Below are positions 1 to 12,165 of a stretch of 64,000 nucleotides of DNA, one piece after another. The position numbers and the translations under genes were made by a program. Each line of letters opens with the position of its first letter. The first letter of the stretch is position 1. The stretch lies in contig OZ316899.1 of assembly GCA_973895155.1 (NCBI GenBank), positions 5,273,241 through 5,337,240 of the forward strand, read 5' to 3'. This stretch comes from Marsupella aquatica. Its lineage: Eukaryota; Plantae; Marchantiophyta. Below the pieces are notes generated by a model. That model saw only the letters and a list, made by a program, of their open reading frames with translations. It did no database searches and was not told the DNA's origin.

Positions 1-6
1 GTCATC

Positions 7-2811
7 TTGAGTTCGTTGACTGGCAAAGAGGTAGTGGGCAAAAGATATCAAAGCGCTCTAGCGAGAGCAATGTGTGCGAAGAGAGGGCCAATCTTTGCTG
101 CAAGTAAGATTAGGAGCCTTTTGGATGGTGATGAAAACCTGAGGTTTCCTTTGGGACAGCGGAAACAGAGGTCTGATCGTCTTCTAAAGAGATTAGAGGT
201 GAAGTAGCCTGGTTTTGGGAGGTGTTTACTAGAGCTCTCCAAACAAGGATGGCATTGCTCGAAAAAGGATTTCCAAGAATGAATATGACGTCCACATAGT
301 TCATTGGCTCGAGGATACTGAGGTAAATCGATCCCATTGCTCATTCATTTAGTCATTGGGATTCATGTTGTTAACTTTATGCTCAATTTGGTCAAATTTC
401 TTACGAAAGTTTATGATACGAGTACGATCTTTTGTTTCTCTTTTAATTAGTAGTAACAGAACTTTGTTCACATGATGTTGAATTGACGTTTTTGCCCTGG
501 TATGTATTTTCACATTGTCATATAGGTGGAATACTTCTTCAAGTTCTGAGATTGGTTGGAGAGTGAAGGGAAACGATACACAATTGGCTTGAGATCCTTT
601 CAAGCAATGAAGCCTTATTTCATTTGAACTATGAAGGATAGGAACGTTTGTTGCTGTAAGCAACATGTAGAAATGCAATTGATTTGTAAAGCCTTTTTCA
701 AGCAAAGGCAGACTTTGCATCCTACCGACTGTAGTTGTAGTTGTGGTGTTTGTATCCCTCAAGTTGTGATGCTTGGCCCTGTTGAAAGAGATGGAGCACC
801 TCCTGTTATAGATTTACCTATAGAAGAGCCTGTAACATGCAAAGCCCACAAATGCTCACTACCTTCTACGAGAGCCTGGTGTGCTGGTACTTTATGCATG
901 AAAACATAAATTGATGATCGTTGGTACCAAAGAAAGTGCTTGGTGGGCCTTTGTGAAGATTGTGGGCCTGACAGGTTGGATTTGTGTCCATGGGAAGAGA
1001 GGTTTGATCCTGCAGCATGTGTTACCTGGGAAACATATGAGTACGTGGTGCTTGATACTCTACCACAGCCACACAGAAGGAAGAAGAAAGCACATGTTAC
1101 TGATGATGGGCAGCCAGCAAAACCTAAGAAGAGGCTCCGGCTGGTGAAGAAAACCACATCAATGCAAGTTTTCTTGGAGAAGGTATACAGTACTGTAGGG
1201 GCTTTCATTAAACATGATTTCTATGCAAGATGGCAAGGAGAACAATACCAGAATTGCTTGAAGACGTTTCAGAAGGGTACAATCATTTCCTCCATAGATT
1301 TTGCCAAGAATTACACCTTTACAGTACATTGTTGAGGTGCAGAGTCTTCATTGGGACAATCGACAGATTACAATTCTTGTGCTGATCACATACCAACATC
1401 AGCACGATAAGGAGGAAGATGACCCCATTGTTTTTTACTCAAATGGTAAGAGAATTGCAAGGTTCATTGAAGCTGATTACCATTTCTTCATTTCTGACGA
1501 CAATAGTCATGACACCTTCTTTGTCCAGCATTGCTTGGACTTTCATTGGGAGTGGATGCAAGAGCAGGGTTTCCTTGTAAACAACCACATCATGTGGTCT
1601 GATGGGTGTGCGGCTCAATTCAAGGCTTGTCGGCCATTTTCGTATGTGGCCAAGTATTACCACAAATATAGAGCAAGGATGATGTGGTGTTTTCATGCCT
1701 CGGGGCATGGGAAAGGTGTACAGGTATATTTTTTCACTCTAACTAATTGGCAAGCCTAAGTTGTTTTATTTGTGCACTCTTCATTTATGCTTGATGTTTT
1801 TACATTTGCCCATGCATTTTGCATTAAGTTCTTGAGTTTGGTGATCTTACCATAATTTGTTTGGTACTGTCCTGCCCTTGTTTGATTGCACAGGATGGTC
1901 TTGGAGGTGGTGTGAAGAGTGCTCTTCAAAAGGAACAATTACGAACAGAAGGAGGGCATGCAATGGAGGGTGCAAAGGATGTTGTGGCATTCTTGAAGGA
2001 ACGCTTTTGCTTGGGGAGGGAAAGGGAGTATGATAAGAAACAAGGAGTTAGACGTTTCTTTTGGGAGATAGGAGTGCAGGAAGTTCAGAGAAGTCAGACA
2101 AGTGAATGCTTGCCTATCAAGGGTATTAGGCAAATGCACTGCTTCTTGGGATACAGCAAAGAGAATCCAATGATGCTGAAATGCCGTGAATTAGCATGTT
2201 TTTGTGAGGAATGTGTGGTGGATGCAGAGAATCATAGCACTTGTGAGAATCAAGCATGGGTCCTACCATGGGATGTCGACCATGTCTTTCCACTGCAGCC
2301 AGGAGAGATTGCTACCGTGATATGAGACATGCATGATGGCCTTGATGTAGACAATTCTGACTATGATAATTACCTTGGAGATCTAGTTGAAGTTGGTGAC
2401 TACTTTGCTATTTTAGCTGAGGAAGGGAATGTCTGGCATGCAGAATTTTACATTTTGTTGTGCACAAAGTTGGCTGCCGTTGTTGAAGCAGACTTCACTG
2501 ATGAGTATGGTGCAAAATTCTTGAAGGGTGATAGGGTGTTGGCCGGCACTTGGTATCAACAGTATGGCACCTCACGGAATTATAGCTTTGTTAGATTTCA
2601 GAAGTCTAGCCTGAGTTATGTGGATGTGTCCTCTGTGGTACACATCAAGTTTGGACTTGTACCAACAAAGGTTGTGAGCGGGTCACCAGGATTCCAACTA
2701 TCATCTACCACCTTGGATGCAATTTTGTCTTCAACACAAAGGTATTTAAAGGATTTTTCCATAGACCCTGTTTCCCACATTCGATCAGTTAGATTGTTTC
2801 CAGTAAGGTGA
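7..2811 (+). pseudogene. Sola2-like DDD transposase, spliced and decayed
   Basis: Motifs: IGLRSFQAMKPYFI..KDRNVCCCKQH; SIDFAKNY..EVQSLHW; FFISDDNSHD; WSDGCAAQFK; SGHGKGVQ|DGLGG; CRELACFCEEC. GT-AG introns at 323-525 and 1724-1893. Frameshift near 1330 and in-frame TGA stops (e.g. 2323). Confidence 0.8.
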
Positions 2812-3079
2812 TTGACTGGTTTCTAAGTATAGTGATCTATCATAGATTGCATGATCGGGTGCATGATGGGGCATTTAATCGCAAGTGGTTTTGTGTGGTG
2901 CAGGGCAAATCCTCCAGTGAGTACTGTGAATTTGTATAGCTAGTTTGCATCATTCTACTATAAGTAAGTTTACCTAAACCTTAATTAAGCCCATTCCTCT
3001 TTTAACTTCCTTTGTTAATATAATTGCATCAATGCTAAACTTTGTTCATGACACTATGTTTATTGTTACCTACTTGATA

Positions 3080-3480
3080 ATACTACTCAATACTTCATAG
3101 TATGAGCCAATACCACTCAATAATACTCAATACCATTTGAAAACTTCCAATACTATTCGGTATTACTAATACTTTTTTAGTACTCAATACATCCCAATAT
3201 GATATACCTTAAAGTACCATAATACCTAGTGTTTGGTAATACTAATACCATAGCTCTCAATACCTGTCATTATATAATACCAATTAATACTTTATAATAC
3301 CCAATACCGCTTATTGGCCAATAATATGGTATAATACCCAATACCCAATAGCTTATAGTAGATAATACCAATAATCTGTAGTACATGGTATTGTATAATA
3401 CTAATACCAAATACCTAGTATATTACATAATACCAATACTTTACAATACCTTCATAATTAGGTAATACTTGTTCGGCAAT
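3080..3480. repeat. Degenerate AT-rich array of (C/T)AATAC motifs
   Basis: Dozens of caatac/taatac units at short irregular spacing, mostly in one orientation. Confidence 0.8.
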
Positions 3481-4894
3481 ATGCAACATTTTTGCATGAT
3501 TATAACTCTATCATATAACTCTGGCTCGATTTAATGACTTTTGTTTCTCCTATCATGCAGGTCTGATCACAACCTTCAGGATTTCAGATGGAGTACTTCT
3601 ATGCAATTTGTTTGTAGCATAAGTCTCACAGTCTAGTTACAGAGGTGTATATGTTGTATAAAAAGAGACAAAAAAACTATGAGAGTTGATCAGTAATATA
3701 GTCATACAGGTAGTCATATAGTGCGCTTTAGACCATGGTGTCACCAGCATATATTCCACTAAGTGGCACCTTGTTCAGAATATAGCTACAGTGAGCTTTA
3801 AGAACCATGGTGTCACGAGCATTCCACTGAGTGGCAATTGTTCCAATGTAGCTCGAACCTTGAATTATTAAATGCAGTCCCTTTATTATCAAACAAAATG
3901 GATTGTGTACATAACTTGACTCTATGATGATCTTCAGAGCATGTACTTGGTTCACCTCACATGCATTGGTTCCTTTGTAAACAAGCAACTGGAATTTGAC
4001 AATTGTTAAGAACTCAAGGTATCCTACACGATCAAGTTCAATAGAATGTTGGCCTGCCAAATTAAAACTAAGGCCGAGTGTGAAATTTTCTTGCACTAAA
4101 TGATACGTATGTACAGTGCTTTTAGACCCAGAGATAGTGTGTGGTTGCAAGCCTGAACCTAATATGAAGCAGGCCTAAATTCCATATATTTATGTCCATC
4201 TCTTGATTCCCAAGGCTACTAAGCTTTCAGATTAAGAGTTCAAATTGTTCATTGAGATTGCTGAAGGGTCTATGAAGACAGGCAGTTTGCAAATATAATT
4301 TGTGCTTGGAGGCCTGAATGCCAGGTATATACTGAAAGGTCTGGGGAAAGATCAGGATACTACAAAGACAAGGCCGGAAGCTTAGTCCACGAGGCATTAA
4401 GTTTCAGATTCTGAACAAAGGAAGAAGTCAACATAAATTGTGGCAAAACACTCAGAAGTATGTCGCTCAAATTGCCGTGCTTTATATATACAAAATTTGT
4501 ACCATCATATGTACAGACATGTGCAGGTTACAAAATTGATGGATTCACATCTAATCCATCTAATCCATCTCACTGACCTATAAAGACAAATGGAGCGAGG
4601 CAAGTGAGGTAAGAACATCCTATTCCGTGTCCAAAAATTGCTCTGAAAATTGCCAAACAAGTATTGCAAGTCTACAACTCCCATTGCTACACTTCAAAGA
4701 TGCTGCAATCTATGCCTCGCCTAACTCTTGCCTACGTAACTCCAAAACAATGTCCTCCAGTTGCTTCAAAAGGGGAGATCCCTGTGGTACTGAACATTCT
4801 TGGCCCACAATCAACCGCGGAGGCGTCCCAGGATCCCCAGGTACTGGTCTCAATGAGAGGGGCAAGGGGAGGGGAGGATACGTCCCCAACACAT

Positions 4895-5350
4895 TCAAAA
4901 CCTCCACAGAGAGTTCCCCTTCTTTAACCCGCGAGCCACTTCACACCTACGACCCTGCAAGGCTATGGCCTGGACATAATCCCATTGCTCCTGCTCATTA
5001 CAACCTCTGAATTCTGAAGGTTCTAAGCCTAACCAAACTGAGGCACTATCCCATATGGTAGCCTTAAGCGGTTTTGCGTGCCTGTACACCGCATCAACAA
5101 TGACAACCTCAAAACGATACTTGTCAACACCCTTCAACCCATGCCCACACAAATCAGGGTGCAACTCCTTTGATAGCGAGCACAAACGGCCGTTTCCTTC
5201 TCGGTGTGGGCATGCCTTGTATGTAAATCTGCGAGGATAAGGGAATGTTGACGAGCAATTCACAATACTCATGATAGCATCAGAAAATGAACCAGTATCC
5301 CTGGTTCTCATGTAACGCTCCACCATTGTCATAGCCATAGCCATAGCCAT
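4895..5350 (-). CDS. RPA1 C-terminal-like OB-fold/zinc-ribbon protein (putative ssDNA-binding)
   Basis: YKACP..C..CGH..KYRFEVVIVD..LKATIWDSASVWLGLEPSEF resembles the RPA70 DBD-C pattern (YxACP..C..RYxLxvxixD..xtxF..a..llGxsaxel). The likely ATG at 5350 lies in a (GCCATA)n repeat encoding MAMAMAM. Confidence 0.6.
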   Translation of the reverse strand: MAMAMAMTMVERYMRTRDTGSFSDAIMSIVNCSSTFPYPRRFTYKACPHREGNGRLCSLSKELHPDLCGHGLKGVDKYRFEVVIVDAVYRHAKPLKATIWDSASVWLGLEPSEFRGCNEQEQWDYVQAIALQGRRCEVARGLKKGNSLWRF

Positions 5351-5574
5351 TGTCCCAAGCTCCTCTCGACTGCCGCAATCTGCAAGAGTCCTGCAGAAAT
5401 GAATCGAACTAACACTTGAATTAAGCAATTCACGCTAGAAGAAAGGATTGCAAATCATTTGTCGTTTCAAATACTGATTGTGAAGAAAGGATGGCAAGCA
5501 CTTCACTGTAAACTAGTAGCATGTGTAACCACTATAGACATCATACTTCCTGACCACGAAAAACTACAAGTAAC

Positions 5575-5960
5575 TAATACCAAGACCAATACCGCCAAGT
5601 ATTGGGGACCAATACCCCAAGTATAGATTGGTGACCAATACCGCTGAGTATTGGTAGACAATACCTCAGAGTATTGTCGACCAATACTCTCAAGTATTGT
5701 CGACCAATACCCTCAAGTATTGTCGACCAATACCCTCAAGTATTAGAATCCAATACCGTCGAGTATTGGTGACTAATACCTTCGAGTATTGACCAATCCT
5801 ACTTAATACCTACCCAATACCGTTGAGTACTGGTGACCAATACCACCAAGTAATTGGAGTAATACTGCCAAGTATTGGCAAATAATACTTTTGAGTATTG
5901 GTAACCAGTAATACCACTGAGTATTGAGTCAAGTATTAAGGAATAATACTCCAAAGCATC
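5575..5960. repeat. ~23-bp tandem array with internal inverted motifs CCAATAC-N5/6-AGTATTG
   Basis: Near-perfect CCAATACCCTCAAGTATTGTCGA units at ~5680-5745, with degenerate copies on both sides. Confidence 0.9.
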
Positions 5961-6124
5961 CTACTCAACTAAAGTAGTAACACTTGGTTGAAAAGTTGGC
6001 CATCTAGCAAGCCGCTGACCTTGGCATTGTTTCAAACACACCTGCAAGGATAACACTCCACTTGGGAAAGCTATTAATGGCACTACAAAGTCGATCAGTA
6101 GTCTAGATTAATCAACCTCACCTA

Positions 6125-8627
6125 TTACAGTTTCTTAGCACCAGCACGACCTCTTCCTCGTCCTCTGGTTCCTGATACTGATTTAAGATTTGACTTTATA
6201 TTAACATCTACTCCCGATCCTTGACTGATGGTAGTTTCCCTCAATTTCTTCCTAACTGCAAAGGACTCTGTGCTCTTCTCTGTTCGCTGTCTCTTACTCC
6301 CCTTTGTAGGAGTCGTACTATCAGGATGAGAACCAGTTGACAAATTCTGCACAACTAAACCAAGTTCTGGGGTAGATTCAACATTGCCCTTCTCGACCTT
6401 CAGAATTGCCAGGTCCTCCTCACCCATCACCTTCCGGGCTGCATTGTGAAACTCATTGCCAGTCTTAGCGGTTACTTCAAGTGGGTTCTCTATGGCAACT
6501 CTAAGCAGACCATGATCTACATGCGCAGCTCTTCCAACAGTTTCATGGTACAGTGTTGATTTCTTCACACTTTCCTGCAACACAATACATGCCAGATTTA
6601 GTTTTGAGCAGCTATGAAGCCATCTACCCACTAATACTTACAAACTTCTTAGCCAAATCACAAACTCACAACAAAACAAACTGACCAGGTTTGGTGCTAT
6701 ACCTGTGAATAAAACTTTGTCACTTTCTTGTGCTTGGCTGCTTGATTCTTCCTCCTAGATTCAATATTGAAGCCATGGTTGCTATACAAATCAATTAGGT
6801 CCTTCTCGAAAGAGGTGGACTGTTCTTGCAAACCCCACTCATCCGCTAACTTCACTACCTCTGCATGGTCCATTTGAGGTGAACCCCAACACTCAAGCCA
6901 TCCTGGATGAAACACTTCAGAACAAGCTTCGCACTTAGGGGCTCTACTCTCATCCCTTTGGAGCAAGGGAAACAAACAACTTGGATGGTAACAATGGCCA
7001 CAAGGTGTTGGAACCCAATTATTACAAAAGAAGCCAAGAGAGCAAACTGGGCATTCTGTGATGAGGAAACAATTTTCTTCCGACTGTAGGGGACACAGAA
7101 CAGTAACAGGGCTTACATAAACTGCGCCTTTACTCATGTGATGTTTAAGTCTAGAGCACTCTGCATTTACCGCATCATACGATTTGGTAAGCTTGTCTGC
7201 AGTATCTGACAAGGTTTGCGCATTGCTAACTCCAAAGTACTCTTCATCATCCAACCTACTCAACTCCATCATCTTTGATTGGATCTGAGGGAGTAAAAGT
7301 TCATGCTACACCTCTTGCAACGATAAGGAATCTTGCAAATGATTTGTTTCATTGCAACACGCTAAAAATCTGGCTCGATAATCCTCATAGATTGCCTACA
7401 AAAGTCCCAACCCAACTGGTTCAGATGTTATGTACAATAATTACTTATGAAGAACACAGAATGAAACACGATACAAAAACAAGATTCAAGACATTGAAGC
7501 CAGTACTTCAAAACACATAAGGAATTTGATTGAAGTATAGTTACCTGATCAGAACCTCCTTCTGGGTCATCGTCATCAGGATCTTCCAGCTTAGCTTGGA
7601 GCAAGGCAATATCATCAGAAAGTTGGTTCTTCTCTGCCACCTTTGCCTCCATAGCACTATGTATCTTATCCATTTCCGCCAAGTACTTAGCCTTACGAGT
7701 TTGTAATTCACGCAACACCACTCCAAGATCTTTGAGCTCAAGGTAAACAGTATCCATCCGTGCTTTTCACGTGGCTGCAACATTTTGAGCCTTCTCTGCC
7801 TTTGGGCCAAGCTCTCAAAGACAGCGCTCCACAACCCCTAGCCGGGATTCCAAAACTACATGCTTTCCTAAAACAAGTGTGCCAGTAGTGACACCATGAC
7901 ATTGTACCTTTGGCAGCTCTTCAAACGTGACCTCTTGCGAGGTAGAATCTTTGCCTCCTGAAAAGTCCTGATCTGGTTGCTTGGATTGGGATGCACCGTG
8001 CTTGCTCAGTTGCTCAATATTTACTTGCACAGGATCCGATGCTAAGGCTGGAGGTGCCTGAATGCTTGATATCGCACCATGCAAATGTTTCACATCATTG
8101 TTACCTCCTACATCCGGGGGTACATCCGACTCCTTTGTTTCGCAGTCCTTCAATGGATTGTGAAGGACCCTAAGGCAATCTTCTTGAACTCCACTCCTTT
8201 TTGTTGACCCACACTTTGATAACTTGCTTACACCATTCAAACTTAAGCCTGGAGGCGGGGTATACATGTGCTCAATCCGCCTCCATGGTGGCGAATCAAG
8301 CTGCGGAGGAGTTTTGCGCACAAACCTCAGTCTTAGTTGCCCTCTATGCTTGTCCACACCACAAGCTGCCCAGTTCACTGCCTTCTTCAAGATGCGCTCA
8401 TAGTATAGTCCCCTGGCAACCTCCAAAGTGTACTGCTGGAATTTCTCGATCCCATCTAATGCACAAATCAGATTGTGGATGTCCTCTGCAGGAATCCCCA
8501 CAATCCCTTCCTTCTTATAACCATTCTTCTTGTCCTTCACTCCAAAATGCGCCTCCAACGCTGCAGCTGGCACATCTTTGGCAGTGAGGTCTTTTGGGAT
8601 CTTCCCCTCATTAGGCAAGCCAATCAC
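6125..8627 (-). pseudogene. Spliced accessory gene: transposon-associated helical (PMD/Transposase_32-like) N-terminus, coiled coil, RING finger, basic RGRGRGR tail
   Basis: Segments ~8627-7815, ~7800-7545, 7395-6703 and 6574-6125. GT-AG phase-0 introns at 7544-7396 and 6702-6575. RING: CPVC..PCGHCYHPSC..CEAC. One in-frame TAG near 7306, plus a frame break near 7815. Confidence 0.7.
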
Positions 8628-8914
8628 ATGGTGGAAGTAGTCAAGGTCCTTTGCACAGTCGTCAATGGTCCACCCTCATTCAGGATGCTTCTCAGGAGAA
8701 ATGGCCAACTCGGACGGACCAGGTTTGTCACGACACTGTGAGTCCCCGAGCGGTGGTATAGTCATCTGGCTAAGCGGCTGCTCCGGTCTGCCAGGATCAA
8801 TGAAACTAATGACAACTAACGAGCATCAGAGAGAAATGTATGCTTTCCACCTCTTGCCCCGGTTCAAATGTTGCCTAATGCAACTAGCAACTGCGGGATG
8901 ATTGTATAAACATG

Positions 8915-9400
8915 ACGGAGACTCTCACAAAGTTCAATCCCCTGATGTTGAACAAATGATAAGGGCATGATTGAGCGCCATACTAGATCCAAACCTGAGC
9001 TTCATCCCCTTGTGTCAAAAGATTTATAGGGCAAGAGCATTTAAGTATACCTGTTTGTTTGGCTCTAACTCCCGCACCTCCCGGCTCCAATGTTGTCCTA
9101 GCTCGAACGCCTAAAATGCAAGTTCTAGCAGCATTTCCACAACTGAATTAGTGTACATGGCGGAGACTCCATCTCAGGACTTTTAATCCCCTGACGTTCA
9201 ACATATTATAAGGGCAAGAGCACCATACTATACAGACCTAAGCTTAATCCTCTTGCCTCAAAAGATTATAATGATAGGACCAAAATATACCAGTCCTGTC
9301 TAAGCTTAGGGGTCGTTCAGCTCAAGCGCCCAGTGCAGCGTCCACACCTCCTAGCTCTAATGTTGTTTTCCCCATGCAACGCCCGCACCTCCTAGCTCTA
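8915..9400. repeat. Degenerate direct duplication (~245-bp period) plus CACCTCCTAGCTCTAATG repeats, upstream of the RING gene
   Basis: AATCCCCTGA..ATAAGGGCA..CCATACTA..AAAAGAT occurs at ~8935-9025 and ~9185-9270. Confidence 0.65.
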
Positions 9401-9980
9401 ATGAGGTCTTCAAACAACAAAGATCATGTCAATTGTAATATCAATGGCTAAGGCGCCAACAATGTCAAATCCTGGAGGGGCAAACAAAATTTTATAACTA
9501 TAGTATCCGCAAATCAAAAGCAACCAAATCAAAGCCTGCGCAAATAAAGTTACTCTGGCAATCGAATAACTCAATCCGATGTTGTCTGATTGTCCGTCAA
9601 TCATTAGCGCTCACCAATTACTGATCACACACCTGCAAGCTCCAATCGATCACACAAGCTTGGAAGCACCATTGAATGCACAACAAGCCTACATTCTTTG
9701 CAGAATTGCGGCAGCACATCGTTCGCCTTGCTCAACTTTGGAGGCAAACATTCAGCCGTGACCAACAATCTCCCGCATTGCTCTATGAACCTAGGGTCCT
9801 AATCTTTCTTGCAAACTAAGGGCGGTCAAGATCATACAATGCTCGCCCTAAACCTCCCACCATCGATCTTCATAATCCAATGATGGATTAGAGGTAGTAC
9901 AATTTCAAATTCCTTCCCACCATAACCTGGACAAAGTCTAGTAAAGTAGTTGCGCTGACGTTGCCCTCATCATTGTACTT

Positions 9981-10043
9981 TGACGAGTCAATACTCTGGT
10001 ATGACGAGTCAATACTCTGGTATGACGAGTCAATACTCTGGTA
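9981..10043. repeat. Three perfect 21-bp tandem copies, subterminal in the Sola element
   Basis: TGACGAGTCAATACTCTGGTA x3. Confidence 0.95.
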
Positions 10044-10199
10044 GTTACAACTTACTGAGTGGACTACTTTTGAATTTGAATTTTTTCAAACTCACTTCCC
10101 TTCTTTAAGGTACTACTGTACGCTTCAAAACGGTATTACAAATAGGTATTGAGATGGGTATTAAATTTGCTCAACTTAGACCCACTCTATCTTGCTTTG

Positions 10200-11800
10200 A
10201 GCCAACTGCTATGTGTCAACCATAGCTTACCGGCCTCCAAGTTCCTAGTGATTTCCATACCCAAAGCTGACCCTAGGTTCTTCATCTTAAACTCTGCACT
10301 AAGCAGTGCCTTAAGCTTAACAATCTCAGACCTATCATTGGCCGCAATAAACATGTCATCCACATAAAGTACTAAAACAATGAACCCAAAGACAACATTT
10401 CTTCACCAATTTCAAATATACACAAAGGTCAAACACACTCTTGTGAAAACCTTGTGACCAAATTCAATCGTCAAACCGCTTGTTCCACTGTCTTGGTGAC
10501 TGCTTCAACCCATACAAGGATTTCAACAATCTACAAACCAATCCCTTCTATCCTCTCTTCACAAAAACTAGCGGTTGTCTCATGAAGATCACCTCTTCCA
10601 AGGTGCCATAGAGAAAAGTTATGACAACATCCATCTGATCTAGCAGCAGACCAAACATTACAACAAGTACACACAATAGTCGTATTGTAGAGTATTTAGC
10701 AACTAGTGAGAAGATCTCATTGTAATCCACACCTTTCTCTTGTGTGAATCCCTTGGCTACCAACCTAGCCTTGTAGATCTTTGATCCACCTTCTGTTGAA
10801 TTATCTTTCAGCTTGTAAATCCACTTGATGTCTATCATTTGCTGACTCTTAGGCAGCTTAACAAGCTCCCAAGTTTTGTTGTCCTTTAGTGACTACATTT
10901 CTGTTTGCATTGCTGTAGTCCACTCTTGCTTCTTCTTTGGAGCACTTGCTTCATGAAATGAATAAGGTTCCCCTTCTTCCAAAATCAATGCATCACCCTC
11001 ATCATCAGTTGCAAAATCATCCTCTTGCAATTGAGATGAATCAACCCACTGTCCATACCTAGGAGGAGCGCGTACAGTGCAACCAGATGTTCTTCTAATC
11101 AATGACTCCGGTTGAATTGCGTCTACTGGTACAATTTGAAGCTCAGCAACATCCAATTGCTGCTCACCAGCATCAACAAACTCCTCTTGTTGCTCTTGCA
11201 CAGGAACCACCTCCAATCTTGGAGCACCTCCTTCTCTCCGATCATGCACTTCATGATCAATCTCCCTCTCAATGAGATCCAGGATATGAGATTTTCCCTT
11301 GTCAGTACGGGAGACTTGAGTATTCTCCTCCTCCTTCAATAATTTGGATTCATTGAAGGAACATCCCTACTGACAACGAGCGTACAGGCAATAGGATCCC
11401 ATAGCCTATAGGCCTTCACACCACTTTGATACCCAAGAAAAATACATTTCTTGGACGTAGGATCCAACTTGGTCCTATTCTATTTTGGTGTGAGAGCATA
11501 TGCATCACTTCCAAAAACTATCAAGCCATGATAGTCTGCTTGCCGCTTATAACGCATTTCAAACGATGTTTTGAAATTGATTGCACTAGATGAAGAAAGG
11601 TTTACCAAATAAGCTGCAGTATTGACAGTTTCTGCCCAAAATTCCTGTGGTAAACCTGATTGGCTCAACATACTCCGTGATTGCTCCAATTGTTTGATTG
11701 AACCTCTCAATGACACCATTCTGCTACGGAGTATAAACTATGGTGAGATGGTGAGTTATCCCCTGTTCTGCACAGTACTCTTCAAATTCGATTGAAGTGT
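10200..11800 (-). mobile_element. Ty1/copia pol fragment (integrase end to RT), decayed
   Basis: SGLPQEFWAETVNTAAYLVN; IDIKWIYKLK..YKARLVAKGFTQEKGVDYNEIFS..QMDV; YGLKQSPRQW; LLYVDDM. Confidence 0.9.
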
Positions 11801-12165
11801 AGTGGTGGACCTAGCCACCAACGCCCTCACCAATCCTAGCACTCATGCCTAAGTGCCCCTGGTGCCTGAACGCCTCCAAGGAATACCTTGAGCAAGCACC
11901 CTAGTGCCCTTGCACCACCAGCAGCCCCTCCCATACAAAGCCGCACTTGCTCTCCAACACGACCGCTACTCAACGGTCCTCACTGTCTGCACAAGCAACC
12001 AAGCACCTCGGTAAGTAACCCTTTAGGATCTAGAACTCGCCAAGTCTAGCATCCTAACTCAAGCTCAACAGACATTGGTAAATAGGTCAGCGATAGGTCC
12101 TCCCGATGCCATAAGCCGGAACCAGAACCCACGCCCACTGTTCATCCAGGACAACTCCTTCCTAG
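11801..12165. mobile_element. Truncated copy of the AGT...ACT-ended LTR family
   Basis: Starts AGTGGTGGACC and is colinear with 43294-43670 and with 49952-50103/54182-54317. Ends abruptly against gypsy RT. Confidence 0.85.

Larger units (their letters stand above)
1..10187 (+). mobile_element. Sola2-like DNA transposon; left end outside the window; carries two accessory genes on the minus strand
   Basis: Sola2-type transposase at 7-2811. The AATAC/GTATT motif recurs through the non-coding parts up to ~10160. Candidate right terminus ...CTTAGACCCACTC at 10187 (GAG... on the minus strand, as reported for Sola ends), just before copia sequence begins. The partner TIR is not visible. Confidence 0.55.

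Noticed and set aside
3728-4150. 140-aa minus-strand ORF
   Set aside because: No recognisable motif and a non-ATG start; cannot be supported as a gene.
5575-5960. CRISPR-like palindromic array
   Set aside because: Variable parts are only 4-7 nt, there are no unique spacers or cas genes, and the context is eukaryotic.
10101-10121. TACAGTAGTACC on the minus strand as a Tc1/mariner-like end
   Set aside because: No mariner transposase or partner TIR, and AATAC motifs continue beyond it towards 10187.
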